The notes below the pieces were generated by a model, which saw nothing but the letters and a program-made list of their open reading frames with translations, was not told the origin of the DNA and searched no databases. Positions 43,668 through 53,412 of a stretch of 64,000 bases of DNA are shown one piece after another; positions within the stretch are counted from its first letter, which is position 1; each line of letters opens with the position of its first letter. Source of the stretch: an uncultured Nitrospiraceae bacterium (GTDB lineage: Bacteria > Nitrospirota > Nitrospiria > Nitrospirales > Nitrospiraceae); contig CAWJWJ010000002.1 of the NCBI GenBank assembly GCA_963846575.1, forward strand, positions 1,504,001 to 1,568,000, written 5' to 3'. The translations under genes were made by a program, and so were the position numbers.

Positions 43668-43813
43668 CACCCTGTCAGGGGAGATCAACTCTAGGAGGAA
43701 GAGCGCTGGTTCGCTTCGCCCTCGGGTTGTCGGACTGGTAGACGAATCCGGCGCTGAAACCGCCGTCTGCATCGAAGATGCAGGCGGCGGTGCGGTCTGG
43801 AGATTTATTCGAT

Positions 43814-44266
43814 TTACTGCACCATGATGGTCCCGTTTGATTTCGTCAGGCTCCCTCTGTCTTCGGAGGAGGGCCGCACTGAGTACGTCACGGTGCCGAT
43901 CCGGGTAAAACAGAGGCCGGCTGTTTCATTGCTTGCCAGGGTGGTCGAGTTGTCTACGCCCATGCCCATGGCCTTCGAGAAGCCGTTGCGACAGGACACT
44001 CGATTGTCCAGCGGACCTTCAATTGCCACGATGACGGATTCCTGTCGCTGATTGATCCAGCGTACTTCGTCACCGGCATGTGCGGTCAGAGTCGTCGGCG
44101 TCACGGTATCGCTGATGACGATGTTCTTGACCATCCCCGTTTTCATCCCGACGTCCGTAGCAGACTGAGTTTTCGACGCGGTGGGCGAGCTTGAGCAAGC
44201 GGCGACCATTAAAAACGTTAGGGCCAGCATGGAATTCAAAAAAACCGAAGGGGCAGTCGTCTTCAT
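43814..44266 (-). CDS. Cupredoxin-fold-like lipoprotein lacking canonical Cu ligands
   Basis: Lipobox VAAC; GDEVRWIN, LCF...GT..YSV, GTIMVQ. Confidence 0.7.
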   Translation of the reverse strand: MKTTAPSVFLNSMLALTFLMVAACSSSPTASKTQSATDVGMKTGMVKNIVISDTVTPTTLTAHAGDEVRWINQRQESVIVAIEGPLDNRVSCRNGFSKAMGMGVDNSTTLASNETAGLCFTRIGTVTYSVRPSSEDRGSLTKSNGTIMVQ

Positions 44267-44386
44267 ACAGTCCTCCCTGTTGAAAGTAGTTAGAGTAGGT
44301 CCACGGTCATGGCTCGTTCGGCCTGGGGTTGAGGGGCGGGAACCCTTTGACGTGCTGCTTCAGTGATGTTTTCCCTCGACTCCATC

Positions 44387-44431
44387 ACAGTACTGAGCGC
44401 GCCGTATCGGCCACACTCGGCATAACCCTAG
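44387..44431 (-). promoter_or_regulatory. Box CTAGGGTTATGCCGAG + TGTGGC-17 nt-TACTGT promoter
   Basis: Recurring box. Confidence 0.68.
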
Positions 44432-44520
44432 TCCCCCGGTCGATGCAGGCTGGTTTTTGGTGTGAGTCCGATGCCCCATGGTACGCGGTACAATATTCGT
44501 GGCGATGCGGTAGGGTAAGT

Positions 44521-45396
44521 ATGATGGAGAGGCACAACCTGAGCACACCTCGACGATTACTGGTCATGACCATGCTGGCGGTCATGATGGTGCTCGCCGG
44601 CTGCGCGATGATTTCGATGAGTTTTGGGTATCGACATGCCGACTGGCTGATTCGCCGGCAGTTGGATCATTATCTGGACTTCAGTTCTGCTCAGCGCCGC
44701 GATGTGACGGCTAAGTTGCAGACGCTGCTCCTGCGGCACCGGACGGAGGCTCTTCCTGCATACGAGGAATTTCTCAGCGACATTCAGCGGCGACTCGCCC
44801 GGGGCCTGGAGCCTGAGGATTTGACCTGGATCTACGCATCGTATGATCGTTTTCGAGCGGACCTGTTCGAACGGGTTGCGCCCGATAGCGCAACTCTCAT
44901 GACGACCCTTACGGATGCACAAATTCAGAACTTCGAAGCAGTCTTACTCAAAGAGGCGAACAAAGCTGAGCGGGGATTGCGGGAGCCGGCGGGAACCCGT
45001 CTGGAGGAGCGGGCTAAATCAATGCTCTCCATGGCACAGGATTGGCTTGGTCCTCTGAGCGCAGAACAGAGAGCCGGAATCCGTCGATGGAGCGTCGACC
45101 TGCCGGATACGCAGCCCGCATGGTACCAGTACCGACAGTACCGGCAACGGGAGCTGGTGACTCTCATGCGGAATCATCCTCCTGCGGGGCAAGCGGCACA
45201 GGCATTACGCGCTATGTTCGTTTCTCCAGAGCGCAGCGCGCCTCGAACCTATATGGAGACCGTAAAGGAGTTCAGGGCCGAGCTCACCAGTATGCTGCTG
45301 AAGATCGATCGCACGCTCACCCCGCTCCAGCGTCGTCAAGCTATTGCGACTCTTCAGCAGCTCATCGATGACATACACGACTTACGCGCCGGATGA
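44521..45396 (+). CDS. DUF6279-like helical lipoprotein
   Basis: Lipobox LAGC; YRHADWLI...LDHYLDF, HR.EALP.Y, WLGPLSAEQ. Confidence 0.7.
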   Translation: MMERHNLSTPRRLLVMTMLAVMMVLAGCAMISMSFGYRHADWLIRRQLDHYLDFSSAQRRDVTAKLQTLLLRHRTEALPAYEEFLSDIQRRLARGLEPEDLTWIYASYDRFRADLFERVAPDSATLMTTLTDAQIQNFEAVLLKEANKAERGLREPAGTRLEERAKSMLSMAQDWLGPLSAEQRAGIRRWSVDLPDTQPAWYQYRQYRQRELVTLMRNHPPAGQAAQALRAMFVSPERSAPRTYMETVKEFRAELTSMLLKIDRTLTPLQRRQAIATLQQLIDDIHDLRAG

Positions 45397-45448
45397 CGGC
45401 TAGGCCCCCCCTAGTCAGACCGGCCAATTCGTGGATCTTTCTGCAGCG

Positions 45449-45529
45449 CTAAAAGCTGACCACTCCAAACAACCACAACAGCAGAATGAGACTGAACGGG
45501 ACGCCGAGCAACCAAAGAAGAATAGGCAT
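45449..45529 (-). CDS. 26-aa hydrophobic membrane peptide
   Basis: MPILLWLLGVPFSLILLLWLFGVVSF with GAAGG RBS. Confidence 0.65.
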   Translation of the reverse strand: MPILLWLLGVPFSLILLLWLFGVVSF

Positions 45530-45659
45530 GGTACACCTTCCCTTTCCTGAACGCACAGTGATTAAGATCGGGGCGGAACCTTCGGGTGATCCGAGGGCTC
45601 CCACCCCGATAGAGCGGACATCTTCTTGTGGACGAGAGAAAATGTGCGCTGCTGGCCCT

Positions 45660-45704
45660 ATGATCGAACGAGCGGCCGGAGACAACCACTAGGAGTAGCC
45701 CTGG
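45660..45704 (-). promoter_or_regulatory. Box CCAGGGCTACTCCTAG + TGGTTG-17 nt-GATCAT promoter
   Basis: Recurring box; weaker -10. Confidence 0.5.
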
Positions 45705-46028
45705 ATAGGACCTTAATCGGGCCTTGCGAGATGACTGGATAATGCTATCACCAACCTCTTGACTCGCACGCCGGTGGAAGCCTATCGTGACCTTGTGGGG
45801 GGAGTGAACGCCCCGGGGGAATATCGACATGAAGGGGATCGAGTGCTGAGGACGGTGTGCATGCCCAGCTCGTACTGGGAAGCCTGAAATCCTCCCGAGA
45901 TCTCCGCCGTATCTACCTCTCCTCGGTAGGTGCGTGCTCCTCCCACCTAATCCTGTTCGTAGAGGCCCGCCTGTCGCTTGCCGCTCCCCGCCACAAGACG
46001 TGTCACTGCCCACGAATCCTGTCAAGGC

Positions 46029-46057
46029 TTGACTCTCGGACCCGTTCCCTGTAAACG
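46029..46057 (+). promoter_or_regulatory. Putative sigma70 promoter TTGACT-17-TAAACG
   Basis: Hexamer spacing upstream of top6B. Confidence 0.45.
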
Positions 46058-46131
46058 ACCAGGAGACTACGTATCCTTCGTTCCAGCTAGCTCGAATCTC
46101 GCTTGTCCGGCTCCCTTGCTTGAGAGGTTGA

Positions 46132-48240
46132 ATGGCCACCAAGACATCATCGTCATCTACTCGCACCTCGAAGCCTGCACTCCATACTGATAGCGTCGAC
46201 TCCGAACCGGCTGCCCCACGAAAAAAAGCTACATCACCGGAGAAGGCTCCGCCGGCAGTGACGGCGGTGGAGATGGGTACCCGCCAGCGTGAAATTTCCG
46301 TTTCGGAGTTTTTCACGAAGAACCGGCATCTTTTAGGGTTTGACAATCCCCGCAAGGCTCTCCTGACCTGCGTGAAGGAAGCGGTTGACAACTCCCTGGA
46401 TGCCTGTGAAGAAGCGGGCATCCTTCCTGACGTCACCGTGAAGCTCGAAACCGTGGTGGAGGGGACCGCTGCCGTCACACCAGGTCAAGCCACGCGCTTC
46501 CGTGTGACGGTGACCGACAACGGCCCCGGCATCGTACGCGCCCAGATTCCGCGGATCTTCGCAAAGCTGCTGTATGGGTCGAAATTTCACCGCATGCGCA
46601 TGAGCCGGGGCCAACAGGGCATCGGGATTTCCGCCGCCGGGATGTACGGCCAGCTCACCACGGGCAAGCCGGTGAAGGTCATTTCGCGCACCGGCCCGCG
46701 CGCTACCGCGCATTATTTCGAGGTACAAATCGACACGAAGAAAAACGAGCCGCTGGTCCATGAAAATAAACAGATCGACTGGACCCAGTCCCAGGGCACC
46801 GAGGTATCGATCGAGGTCGAAGGCCGGTACCAGAAGGGACGGGCCTCCGTTGATGAGTGGTTGGAACAGACGTCGATTGCCAACCCGCACGTGCGGCTGG
46901 TGTATCACACGCCGGAAGGGGAAACGAAGGAGTATCCCCGGACCTACCACGAGCTTCCCCCGTCGCCGAAAGAGATCAAGCCGCATCCCTACGGGATTGA
47001 ATTCGGTGTGTTGCTCAAGATGTTGCAGGATACGAAGAGCCAGACGGTGGCGGGTTTTCTGGCGGGCGACTTTTGTCGTGTGTCACCGGCATTGGCCGAG
47101 GAGATCTGCAGGGCGGCCAAGTTGCCCCTCGGAACCAAACCACGGGCCGTGAAACCGCATCTCGCGGAGGTGCTGTACAAAACGATCCAAACGACCAGAA
47201 TCATGGCCCCTCCGACGAACTGTATTTCGCCGATCGGTGAGAAGGCCATCCTTTCCGGCCTCTATAAACAGATCAAGGGTGAATTTTATACGGCCGTGAG
47301 TCGTCCGCCCGCGGTCTATCGGGGCAATCCCTTCATCATCGAAGCCGGGTTGGCATTCGGCAGGGGACCGGAAGATTCTGCCAAGCCGCAGCAGGCTAGC
47401 ATGCCGCTGGCCGAAGGCGAGGATCAGGGGCAGGATACCGAACTCGCGCGCGTGATTCGTTATGCCAATCGAGTGCCGCTGCTGTTTCAGCAATCGGCTT
47501 GTGCGACCTTCAAGGCGGTGCTCAATACGAAATGGCGCAACTATGGCATGACGCAGTCCCGTGGCGCACTTCCCGCCGGGCCGATGGTGATCTTCGTCCA
47601 TATGGCCTCCGTGTGGGTGCCCTTCACCAGCGAGTCGAAAGAGGCCATCGCGGACTATGACGAAATTCAGAAAGAAATCACGCTGGCGTTACGCGAGGCC
47701 GGGCGGCGCCTCGGTATTTTTCTTCGGCGCAAGGAACGGGCTGCCAGTGAATTTCGACGCCGCAACATTTTTGAGCTCTATATCGAAGAGGTCGTCGAGG
47801 CCTGCAATCGTCTCAAAGGCGGCCATCTCCCCACCGAACAGTTAAAGGCGCAGCTGCACAAGGTCGCCAGCTCACGCACCGGCGGCCTTAAAACGGATGA
47901 AGCCTTGGGCAAGACCGGCGCGGGACCGGAAGGACTGCCGCATTCGATCATTGTGACTCTGGAGGGAGTAGAGGGGGAGCCGGAGTCCGCTCAGGAGATT
48001 GCAGCGCCGACCGTGATTCCACGCGATCCGCCTTCCGTCGAGCGCTCCGAGCCGAGGGTGCCGGCTAAGTCCCCGCGAACTCCTGGGGCGGGTGGCCGGC
48101 GTGAAAGGAGCAGGGTTCCCGGAACCCCGAAAGGCAAGGGCGGACAGCAGGATCTGTTTGTCCGAGGCGGCCCGTCGGTTAAGAAAACCGTGCCAGGGAC
48201 CAAACCGGCGAAAGCGCCCGGGGCTCGGAAAAGGAAATAG
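46132..48240 (+). CDS. top6B: DNA topoisomerase VI subunit B
   Basis: SVSEFF.KNRHLLGF, EAVDNSLDA, DNGPGI, SRGQQGIGIS, RYANRVPLL, VPFTSESKE. Confidence 0.95.
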   Translation: MATKTSSSSTRTSKPALHTDSVDSEPAAPRKKATSPEKAPPAVTAVEMGTRQREISVSEFFTKNRHLLGFDNPRKALLTCVKEAVDNSLDACEEAGILPDVTVKLETVVEGTAAVTPGQATRFRVTVTDNGPGIVRAQIPRIFAKLLYGSKFHRMRMSRGQQGIGISAAGMYGQLTTGKPVKVISRTGPRATAHYFEVQIDTKKNEPLVHENKQIDWTQSQGTEVSIEVEGRYQKGRASVDEWLEQTSIANPHVRLVYHTPEGETKEYPRTYHELPPSPKEIKPHPYGIEFGVLLKMLQDTKSQTVAGFLAGDFCRVSPALAEEICRAAKLPLGTKPRAVKPHLAEVLYKTIQTTRIMAPPTNCISPIGEKAILSGLYKQIKGEFYTAVSRPPAVYRGNPFIIEAGLAFGRGPEDSAKPQQASMPLAEGEDQGQDTELARVIRYANRVPLLFQQSACATFKAVLNTKWRNYGMTQSRGALPAGPMVIFVHMASVWVPFTSESKEAIADYDEIQKEITLALREAGRRLGIFLRRKERAASEFRRRNIFELYIEEVVEACNRLKGGHLPTEQLKAQLHKVASSRTGGLKTDEALGKTGAGPEGLPHSIIVTLEGVEGEPESAQEIAAPTVIPRDPPSVERSEPRVPAKSPRTPGAGGRRERSRVPGTPKGKGGQQDLFVRGGPSVKKTVPGTKPAKAPGARKRK

Positions 48241-48248
48241 GACAGCGT

Positions 48249-49355
48249 ATGGCACAGGCGAAACCGAAGAAGAACGGCGCGGTGGAAAAAAAACTCGTGG
48301 GAATGGCCGATGTGGTGATAGCAGCTGCGCAGCGGGCCAAGGACCCGACGTTTGCGATCCCCATCCGCGCGCTCTCGAACGTCTCGTTCAACCCCCGCAA
48401 GGGTTTGATCGAAATGGGAGAAAAGAAGCAGGCCCGTTCATTTTTTAATGTCGGGATGGCCAAAAAGTTCATGCAGACGATGCTGGTCGCCGATGCGCTC
48501 TCGGAGCTGCAACGGGCGGCCCTGACCACTTCGCTGAGAGAGATCTACTACCGTACCAAACACACCATTCAGGATTCGCATGAGAACACCTTCGATACCC
48601 AGGACGAATCCGATCCAATCATTGAGGATTTGGAGGTCTCGCTGGTGGCGTTGCGGGAAGAACTGCACGTCCGGGCGGAAAACAGCGGGAGCATCGTCGG
48701 GCCGGTGGTGTTCGGTGACGATGGGGACCGCGTGGATTGCGCCAAGCTCGGAAAGGGCGGCTACTCCGTTCCCTCGATCGTTGAGCCGGAATATCTCGAG
48801 ATCCGGCGCTGCACGGCGGACTTCCTCCTGCTGGTTGAAAAAGGTACCCAGTGGAACCGGTTATCCGAAGACAAGTTTTGGCGGCGGTACAACTGTGTAC
48901 TTCTGACGGGGAACGGACAGCCCCCGCGGGGTGTCCGGCGGCTGGCGCGACGGCTTCATGAGGAACACAAGCTGCCGGTCTACGTCCTCGTCGACAACGA
49001 TCCCTGGGGGTACTACATTTATTCGGTGGTGAAGCAAGGCTCGATCAACCTGGCGTTCGAGAGCCAGCGGATGGCGATTCCCAAGGCAAAGTTCATCGGG
49101 CTCTCCAGCGCCGACCCGGAACGGTATGAACTGCCACGCAACGTGGGGATCAAGCTGAACGAGAAAGACATTACCCGCGCCAAGGAGTTGCTGAACTATC
49201 GATGGTTTCAGAAGCCGGCCTGGCAGGAAGAAATCAAACGGATGCTCGCCAACGGGCTGAAGTTCGAACTGGATGCCCTGGCGAACAAAGACTTTCAATA
49301 CCTGACTAAAAAGTACCTGCCACGGAAGTTGAAGGAAAAGGACTGGCTGGATTAA
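48249..49355 (+). CDS. top6A: DNA topoisomerase VI subunit A (Spo11-like)
   Basis: REIYY catalytic Tyr, Q.ESD.IIEDLE, VEK, GQP, DNDPWG Toprim, ELDAL. Confidence 0.95.
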   Translation: MAQAKPKKNGAVEKKLVGMADVVIAAAQRAKDPTFAIPIRALSNVSFNPRKGLIEMGEKKQARSFFNVGMAKKFMQTMLVADALSELQRAALTTSLREIYYRTKHTIQDSHENTFDTQDESDPIIEDLEVSLVALREELHVRAENSGSIVGPVVFGDDGDRVDCAKLGKGGYSVPSIVEPEYLEIRRCTADFLLLVEKGTQWNRLSEDKFWRRYNCVLLTGNGQPPRGVRRLARRLHEEHKLPVYVLVDNDPWGYYIYSVVKQGSINLAFESQRMAIPKAKFIGLSSADPERYELPRNVGIKLNEKDITRAKELLNYRWFQKPAWQEEIKRMLANGLKFELDALANKDFQYLTKKYLPRKLKEKDWLD

Positions 49356-49426
49356 CAGGGAACCCTCGACCGTCTTAATCCGTAGCGCAATACAGCAGCG
49401 CTCCCTACTAGAGAAGGAAGGTCGCC

Positions 49427-49732
49427 ATGAATATGGTCATGCTGGTGTTCCGTTCTTCGCTCAAGGAGCGGGTCCATGCACTGCTGGAACAGTGTGACGT
49501 CCGCGCCTACACCGAAGTTCCCGAGACAATAGGAGCGGGGCAAGCAGGCCCGGCGGAGGGTGTGTCCTTTTACCCGGGGGTCAACAGCGTGGTCATGGTG
49601 GCGATGGACGACGCCCATGCAGACCGGGTGGAGCAGAGTGTGAAAGAGTGGTGTGATGAGGTGACACAGAAGCCCGGTGGGCTCAAACCGGCCATCACGC
49701 TCTTCACCTGGCCCTGCCGGCGATTAATTTGA
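49427..49732 (+). CDS. P-II-like small protein (PG0541/DUF190-like)
   Basis: V.AYT....GAG..G, YPGVNSVV pattern. Confidence 0.6.
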   Translation: MNMVMLVFRSSLKERVHALLEQCDVRAYTEVPETIGAGQAGPAEGVSFYPGVNSVVMVAMDDAHADRVEQSVKEWCDEVTQKPGGLKPAITLFTWPCRRLI

Positions 49733-50160
49733 GTGAACGGCGGACACCCATACCGATGAATATGCCGCGCCCACGGTGGAGACGTCTGCTCCTGGCTGGG
49801 AGCTGCTTTATGTTGGCCCCGTGGGTTGGCATGGCGCAAAGCCTCTCACTTCCCTTGGGATCGCAGAATCAACCTGTACAGAATATCCAGCCCCTGGGAT
49901 CTCTCAGCATGCCCAATCTGTCGACCCAGTCCTCGACGATCTCGTCGACAGCCTCAGGCGCCAGTCCCCCGCCGGGTGCGACGATTCCCTCCAGCCAGGG
50001 CAAGGCATTCGGGACCGTCGGCGCCGGACTGCCCGGTATGACCGGTGGACCGCCATTGACCTCGGGGCTGGGAGCTCTGGATCCAGCCTCCGGTTACAGG
50101 CCCCCGTCGGTCATTGAGCCACTGTTTTGCGATCCTTCGGTGAATATTCCCTGCCAGTGA
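49729..50160 (+). CDS. Hypothetical secreted Pro/Ser/Gly-rich protein
   Basis: Signal-like segment, C-terminal FCDPSVNIPC; start uncertain. Confidence 0.55.
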   Translation: MSERRTPIPMNMPRPRWRRLLLAGSCFMLAPWVGMAQSLSLPLGSQNQPVQNIQPLGSLSMPNLSTQSSTISSTASGASPPPGATIPSSQGKAFGTVGAGLPGMTGGPPLTSGLGALDPASGYRPPSVIEPLFCDPSVNIPCQ

Positions 50161-50183
50161 CGGCTCGGGACAGGTCGGTGATG

Positions 50184-50618
50184 TCAGGAACTGCGTTTCG
50201 TTGGGGCAGACCGTTCCACGCGGATCGTGCCTGTGGGAGTCATCGCACCCTGGGGATTGTCGGCCTCAAGCCAGACGTTGAAGCGAAGGGTCGCGGCCTT
50301 CGAGAAGCAGAGACTAACATACTGAAGCGGAGCGATCGTGACGCTGTCTTGTACGACTCCGAGTTGTGAAAAGCCCTTGTCGCACACGAATAAATCGGGT
50401 CCCTGGTCTCCAAGCATCCGCAGGCGAACCGCATGTTCGTTCAGATTTTGCCAGCGGACCTCGTCGCCCACCTGCACGATCAGCTGACTTGGCGCGACCT
50501 CCGTTCTGATATTGAAATAACGTACGGTACCAGTCAGGCGGGGATCGGGTCTGGAACTGCAGCCCGTTTCGAGGCCTAGGGCAAGCAGGACAAACAGGAT
50601 CAGCAAAGGACGCAGCAT
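50184..50618 (-). CDS. Cupredoxin-fold-like lipoprotein (paralog of 43814-44266)
   Basis: GDEVRWQN, CDKGFS, LCFSK, GTIRVE. Confidence 0.7.
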   Translation of the reverse strand: MLRPLLILFVLLALGLETGCSSRPDPRLTGTVRYFNIRTEVAPSQLIVQVGDEVRWQNLNEHAVRLRMLGDQGPDLFVCDKGFSQLGVVQDSVTIAPLQYVSLCFSKAATLRFNVWLEADNPQGAMTPTGTIRVERSAPTKRSS

Positions 50619-50623
50619 GCGCG

Positions 50624-50669
50624 ATCCTACAAAATGTGATCGCGCGGTGACTACTAGGATGGTTCCCAG
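50624..50669 (-). promoter_or_regulatory. Box CTGGGAACCATCCTAG + TAGTCA-18 nt-TAGGAT promoter (probably leaderless transcript)
   Basis: Recurring box; only 5 nt lie between the -10 and the ATG at 50618. Confidence 0.58.
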
Positions 50670-50758
50670 GTATGGAACGGCTAATGGTCCCGGTCAACCG
50701 GGCGGCTGGGCCTGCGTTATGCGAGGTACCGTCTAGGCCGACGTTTACTGACACCGTC

Positions 50759-52087
50759 ATGAATCTGACCTTCGACGACAGTCGTCATCTTCAAGCGCGC
50801 ATTGGGTTCGGGGGCATCCCGGATGAGATTCGGCAAGTCATGCGGCTGGATCGTAGTGCGGCAGTCGCGCAGGCTCTGGCCATTCCTACGGCCGGAGCCC
50901 AGACTCCTCCTCCACAATGGGTGGACCGGCTTCCCCCTCCGCCGCATCAGCGGAAACATTGGAGTGAGACCGAACGGAAGGCCTTCCGGGAGGCACGCAG
51001 GGCAGAAGGTCTGGAACTGAAGAGCTGGTGGTATCGGGAACTGCTGACGACGCGCAGTCCGCTGTTGGAACGCATGACCCTCTTCTGGCACAACCACTTC
51101 ACCTCCAGCCTCCACAAGGTCAAATGGCCTCCGTTTTTATATCAACAGAACGTGCTCTTCCGCCTGCACGCGCTGGGTTCGTTTCGAACACTGCTGCATG
51201 CCGTGGCGAAAAATTCCGCGATGGTGCTGTATCTCGATACCCAGACGAATCACCGGGATCATCCGAATGAAAACTTTGCCCGTGAGTTGTTCGAGCTGTT
51301 TACCCTGGGGGAAGGGCACTATACCGAACAGGATATCAAGGAGGCGGCGCGAGCATTTACCGGATGGCACCTTGATGTTCGCACCGGAGCGTTTCGAGTG
51401 GATCGGCGTTGGCACGACGGCGGCCGGAAGGAGGTCCTCGGGAAATCCGGCTACTTTGACGGAGACGATGTCCTGTCGCTGACGCTCGAACAGCCTCAGG
51501 TGGCTCGTTATCTGGTTCGTAAACTGTGGCGGGAATTTATCTCCGAAGCCCCTGATTCCGTGGAAGTCGATCGCCTGGCCGGCTCATTCAGACGGAGCGA
51601 TTATAATGTGGCTGCCCTGCTAAACGAGCTGTTTCTGACGCCTCAGTTTTGGGCCATCGAGAACCGAGGCTGTCTGATCAAGTCCCCAGTGGACCTTCTG
51701 GTCGGAACGGCGCGGCTCTTCGACCTGCCGATGGACGAACCCCTCCAACTTGTCCGGTACGGACGCCGGCTTGGACAGGATCTGTTCGATCCGCCCAACG
51801 TGAAGGGATGGGCTGGCGGCACGCGATGGATTACGACATCGAGTCTTCTGGATCGGACGCAGATGCTGACTCGTGCGATTCGCGGTCATGAAACGGGGCA
51901 TGGTAGGGGAGAGAAGATGGGAACGATGGTCTCGACGCATGGCGCATCTTGGCTCGCGCAAGAACCGATCGAAGTGGTGCAAGCGACTCTTCTTCCCCTG
52001 ACTCCCATTCATCCCCCCGCCGCAGGCGATGACCGGAGTCAGGCCGTTCGCCAATGGGTTGTTGACCCGGTCTATCAACTCAGGTAA
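50759..52087 (+). CDS. DUF1800 family protein
   Basis: LERMTLFWHNHF, PNENFARELFELFTLG, PPNVKGW, DPVYQL. Confidence 0.9.
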   Translation: MNLTFDDSRHLQARIGFGGIPDEIRQVMRLDRSAAVAQALAIPTAGAQTPPPQWVDRLPPPPHQRKHWSETERKAFREARRAEGLELKSWWYRELLTTRSPLLERMTLFWHNHFTSSLHKVKWPPFLYQQNVLFRLHALGSFRTLLHAVAKNSAMVLYLDTQTNHRDHPNENFARELFELFTLGEGHYTEQDIKEAARAFTGWHLDVRTGAFRVDRRWHDGGRKEVLGKSGYFDGDDVLSLTLEQPQVARYLVRKLWREFISEAPDSVEVDRLAGSFRRSDYNVAALLNELFLTPQFWAIENRGCLIKSPVDLLVGTARLFDLPMDEPLQLVRYGRRLGQDLFDPPNVKGWAGGTRWITTSSLLDRTQMLTRAIRGHETGHGRGEKMGTMVSTHGASWLAQEPIEVVQATLLPLTPIHPPAAGDDRSQAVRQWVVDPVYQLR

Positions 52088-52094
52088 GGCGACC

Positions 52095-53303
52095 ATGATC
52101 TTGAGGAACCTCCAACGCCGGGAACTCATAAAAGCCGCAGCGGCGCTGCCGTTGATAGTGATGCGCCCGTTCTGGATGGACAGGTTATGCGCCGCCTCAC
52201 CGGATGAGCCGGTGGGTGGGCGGGACCGGGACCGACTGCTCGTGCTGGTCGAGCTGCATGGCGGCAATGACGGACTCAATACGGTGGTGCCCTATGAGGA
52301 CGCCGCGTACTACCGCGCGCGGCCGCAACTGGCCATCGCCCGCGATCAGGTCAGGCACCTCACCCCGAAGTGCGGATTTCATCCGGCGCTGACCCCCTTG
52401 CTGTCCTTATGGGAGGGACGGGAGCTGGCGGTCGTGACCGGTGTCGGGTATCCCAAGCCCAATCGTTCCCACTTCCGTTCCATCGAAATATGGGAAACCG
52501 GATCGGACAGCGAGCAGATGATCGACGAAGGCTGGTTGTCGAGAGTCTGTGAGCGATTTCCTCTTCCGCCCTCATTCATCGCGGAAGGCATTCTGTTGGG
52601 CAAGGGAGACGCAGGTCCTCTGAGCGGAGGACCGACGCGCACGATCACCCTGCATGACCCCGAGCAGTTCCTGCATCGGGCAGGAACATTACCAACCGGC
52701 TCGATTCCGACCACGAATCGTTCGTTGGCCCATATCATGACTGTGCAGCGTGAGATTTCCCGGGCTGCGACGGATCTCCAGGGGCGTATCCGGCAGACGC
52801 CGCCCCTCACGGTTGACTTTCCGCCGAGCAGGATCGGTAAACAACTCGACGTGGCGGCCAGGTTGATTGCCTCAAAAGTTCCGATCTCCGTCATCAAGGT
52901 CACCCACGGCAGTTTCGATACCCATGCCGGGCAGTCGCCCGCTCATCATCGGCTGTTGGACGAGCTTGCACAGGGACTTATGGCCTTTCGCGGAGCGTTG
53001 CAGCAGCTGGGCAGGTGGAACGAAGTACTGGTGATGACCTATTCCGAGTTCGGGCGCCGGGTGCAGGAGAATGCCAGCCATGGAACTGATCATGGTACGG
53101 CTGCCCCCCATCTCATCCTGGGCGGGCGAGTGAAAGGCGGGCTCTATGGTACCCCGCCGGCACTCGGGGATCTGCAGGACGGAGATTTGAAACATACGAT
53201 TGACTACCGGAGCCTCTATGCGACCGTGATCGAGAAATGGTGGGGACTGCCTCCCGTGACCTTCGGTCGGGAACGGCATCCGGCTATCGAATACCTTTCC
53301 TGA
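52095..53303 (+). CDS. DUF1501 family protein with Tat-like signal
   Basis: QRRELIK, GGNDGLN, RSHF, FDTH, SEFGRR, GTDHG. Confidence 0.9.
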   Translation: MILRNLQRRELIKAAAALPLIVMRPFWMDRLCAASPDEPVGGRDRDRLLVLVELHGGNDGLNTVVPYEDAAYYRARPQLAIARDQVRHLTPKCGFHPALTPLLSLWEGRELAVVTGVGYPKPNRSHFRSIEIWETGSDSEQMIDEGWLSRVCERFPLPPSFIAEGILLGKGDAGPLSGGPTRTITLHDPEQFLHRAGTLPTGSIPTTNRSLAHIMTVQREISRAATDLQGRIRQTPPLTVDFPPSRIGKQLDVAARLIASKVPISVIKVTHGSFDTHAGQSPAHHRLLDELAQGLMAFRGALQQLGRWNEVLVMTYSEFGRRVQENASHGTDHGTAAPHLILGGRVKGGLYGTPPALGDLQDGDLKHTIDYRSLYATVIEKWWGLPPVTFGRERHPAIEYLS

Positions 53304-53412
53304 CGGCCGCGGCCCGGCGCGCCCCGGGGCAGGCTTTCCCGACGTCGCAATCGGGGTTGATTTGGCGAGGCATTCTTCCTATCCTACGGGCCGTCGAAAG
53401 GAAGGTGATCTG

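Noticed and set aside
45411..46478. 355-aa minus-strand ORF
   Set aside because: Overlaps top6B antisense; low-information composition; no recognisable domain
49355..49370. Box-like ACAGGGAACCCTCGAC after top6A, and a half-site TTAGGG near 31250
   Set aside because: No -10-like hexamer at the 22-24 nt spacing; poor symmetry
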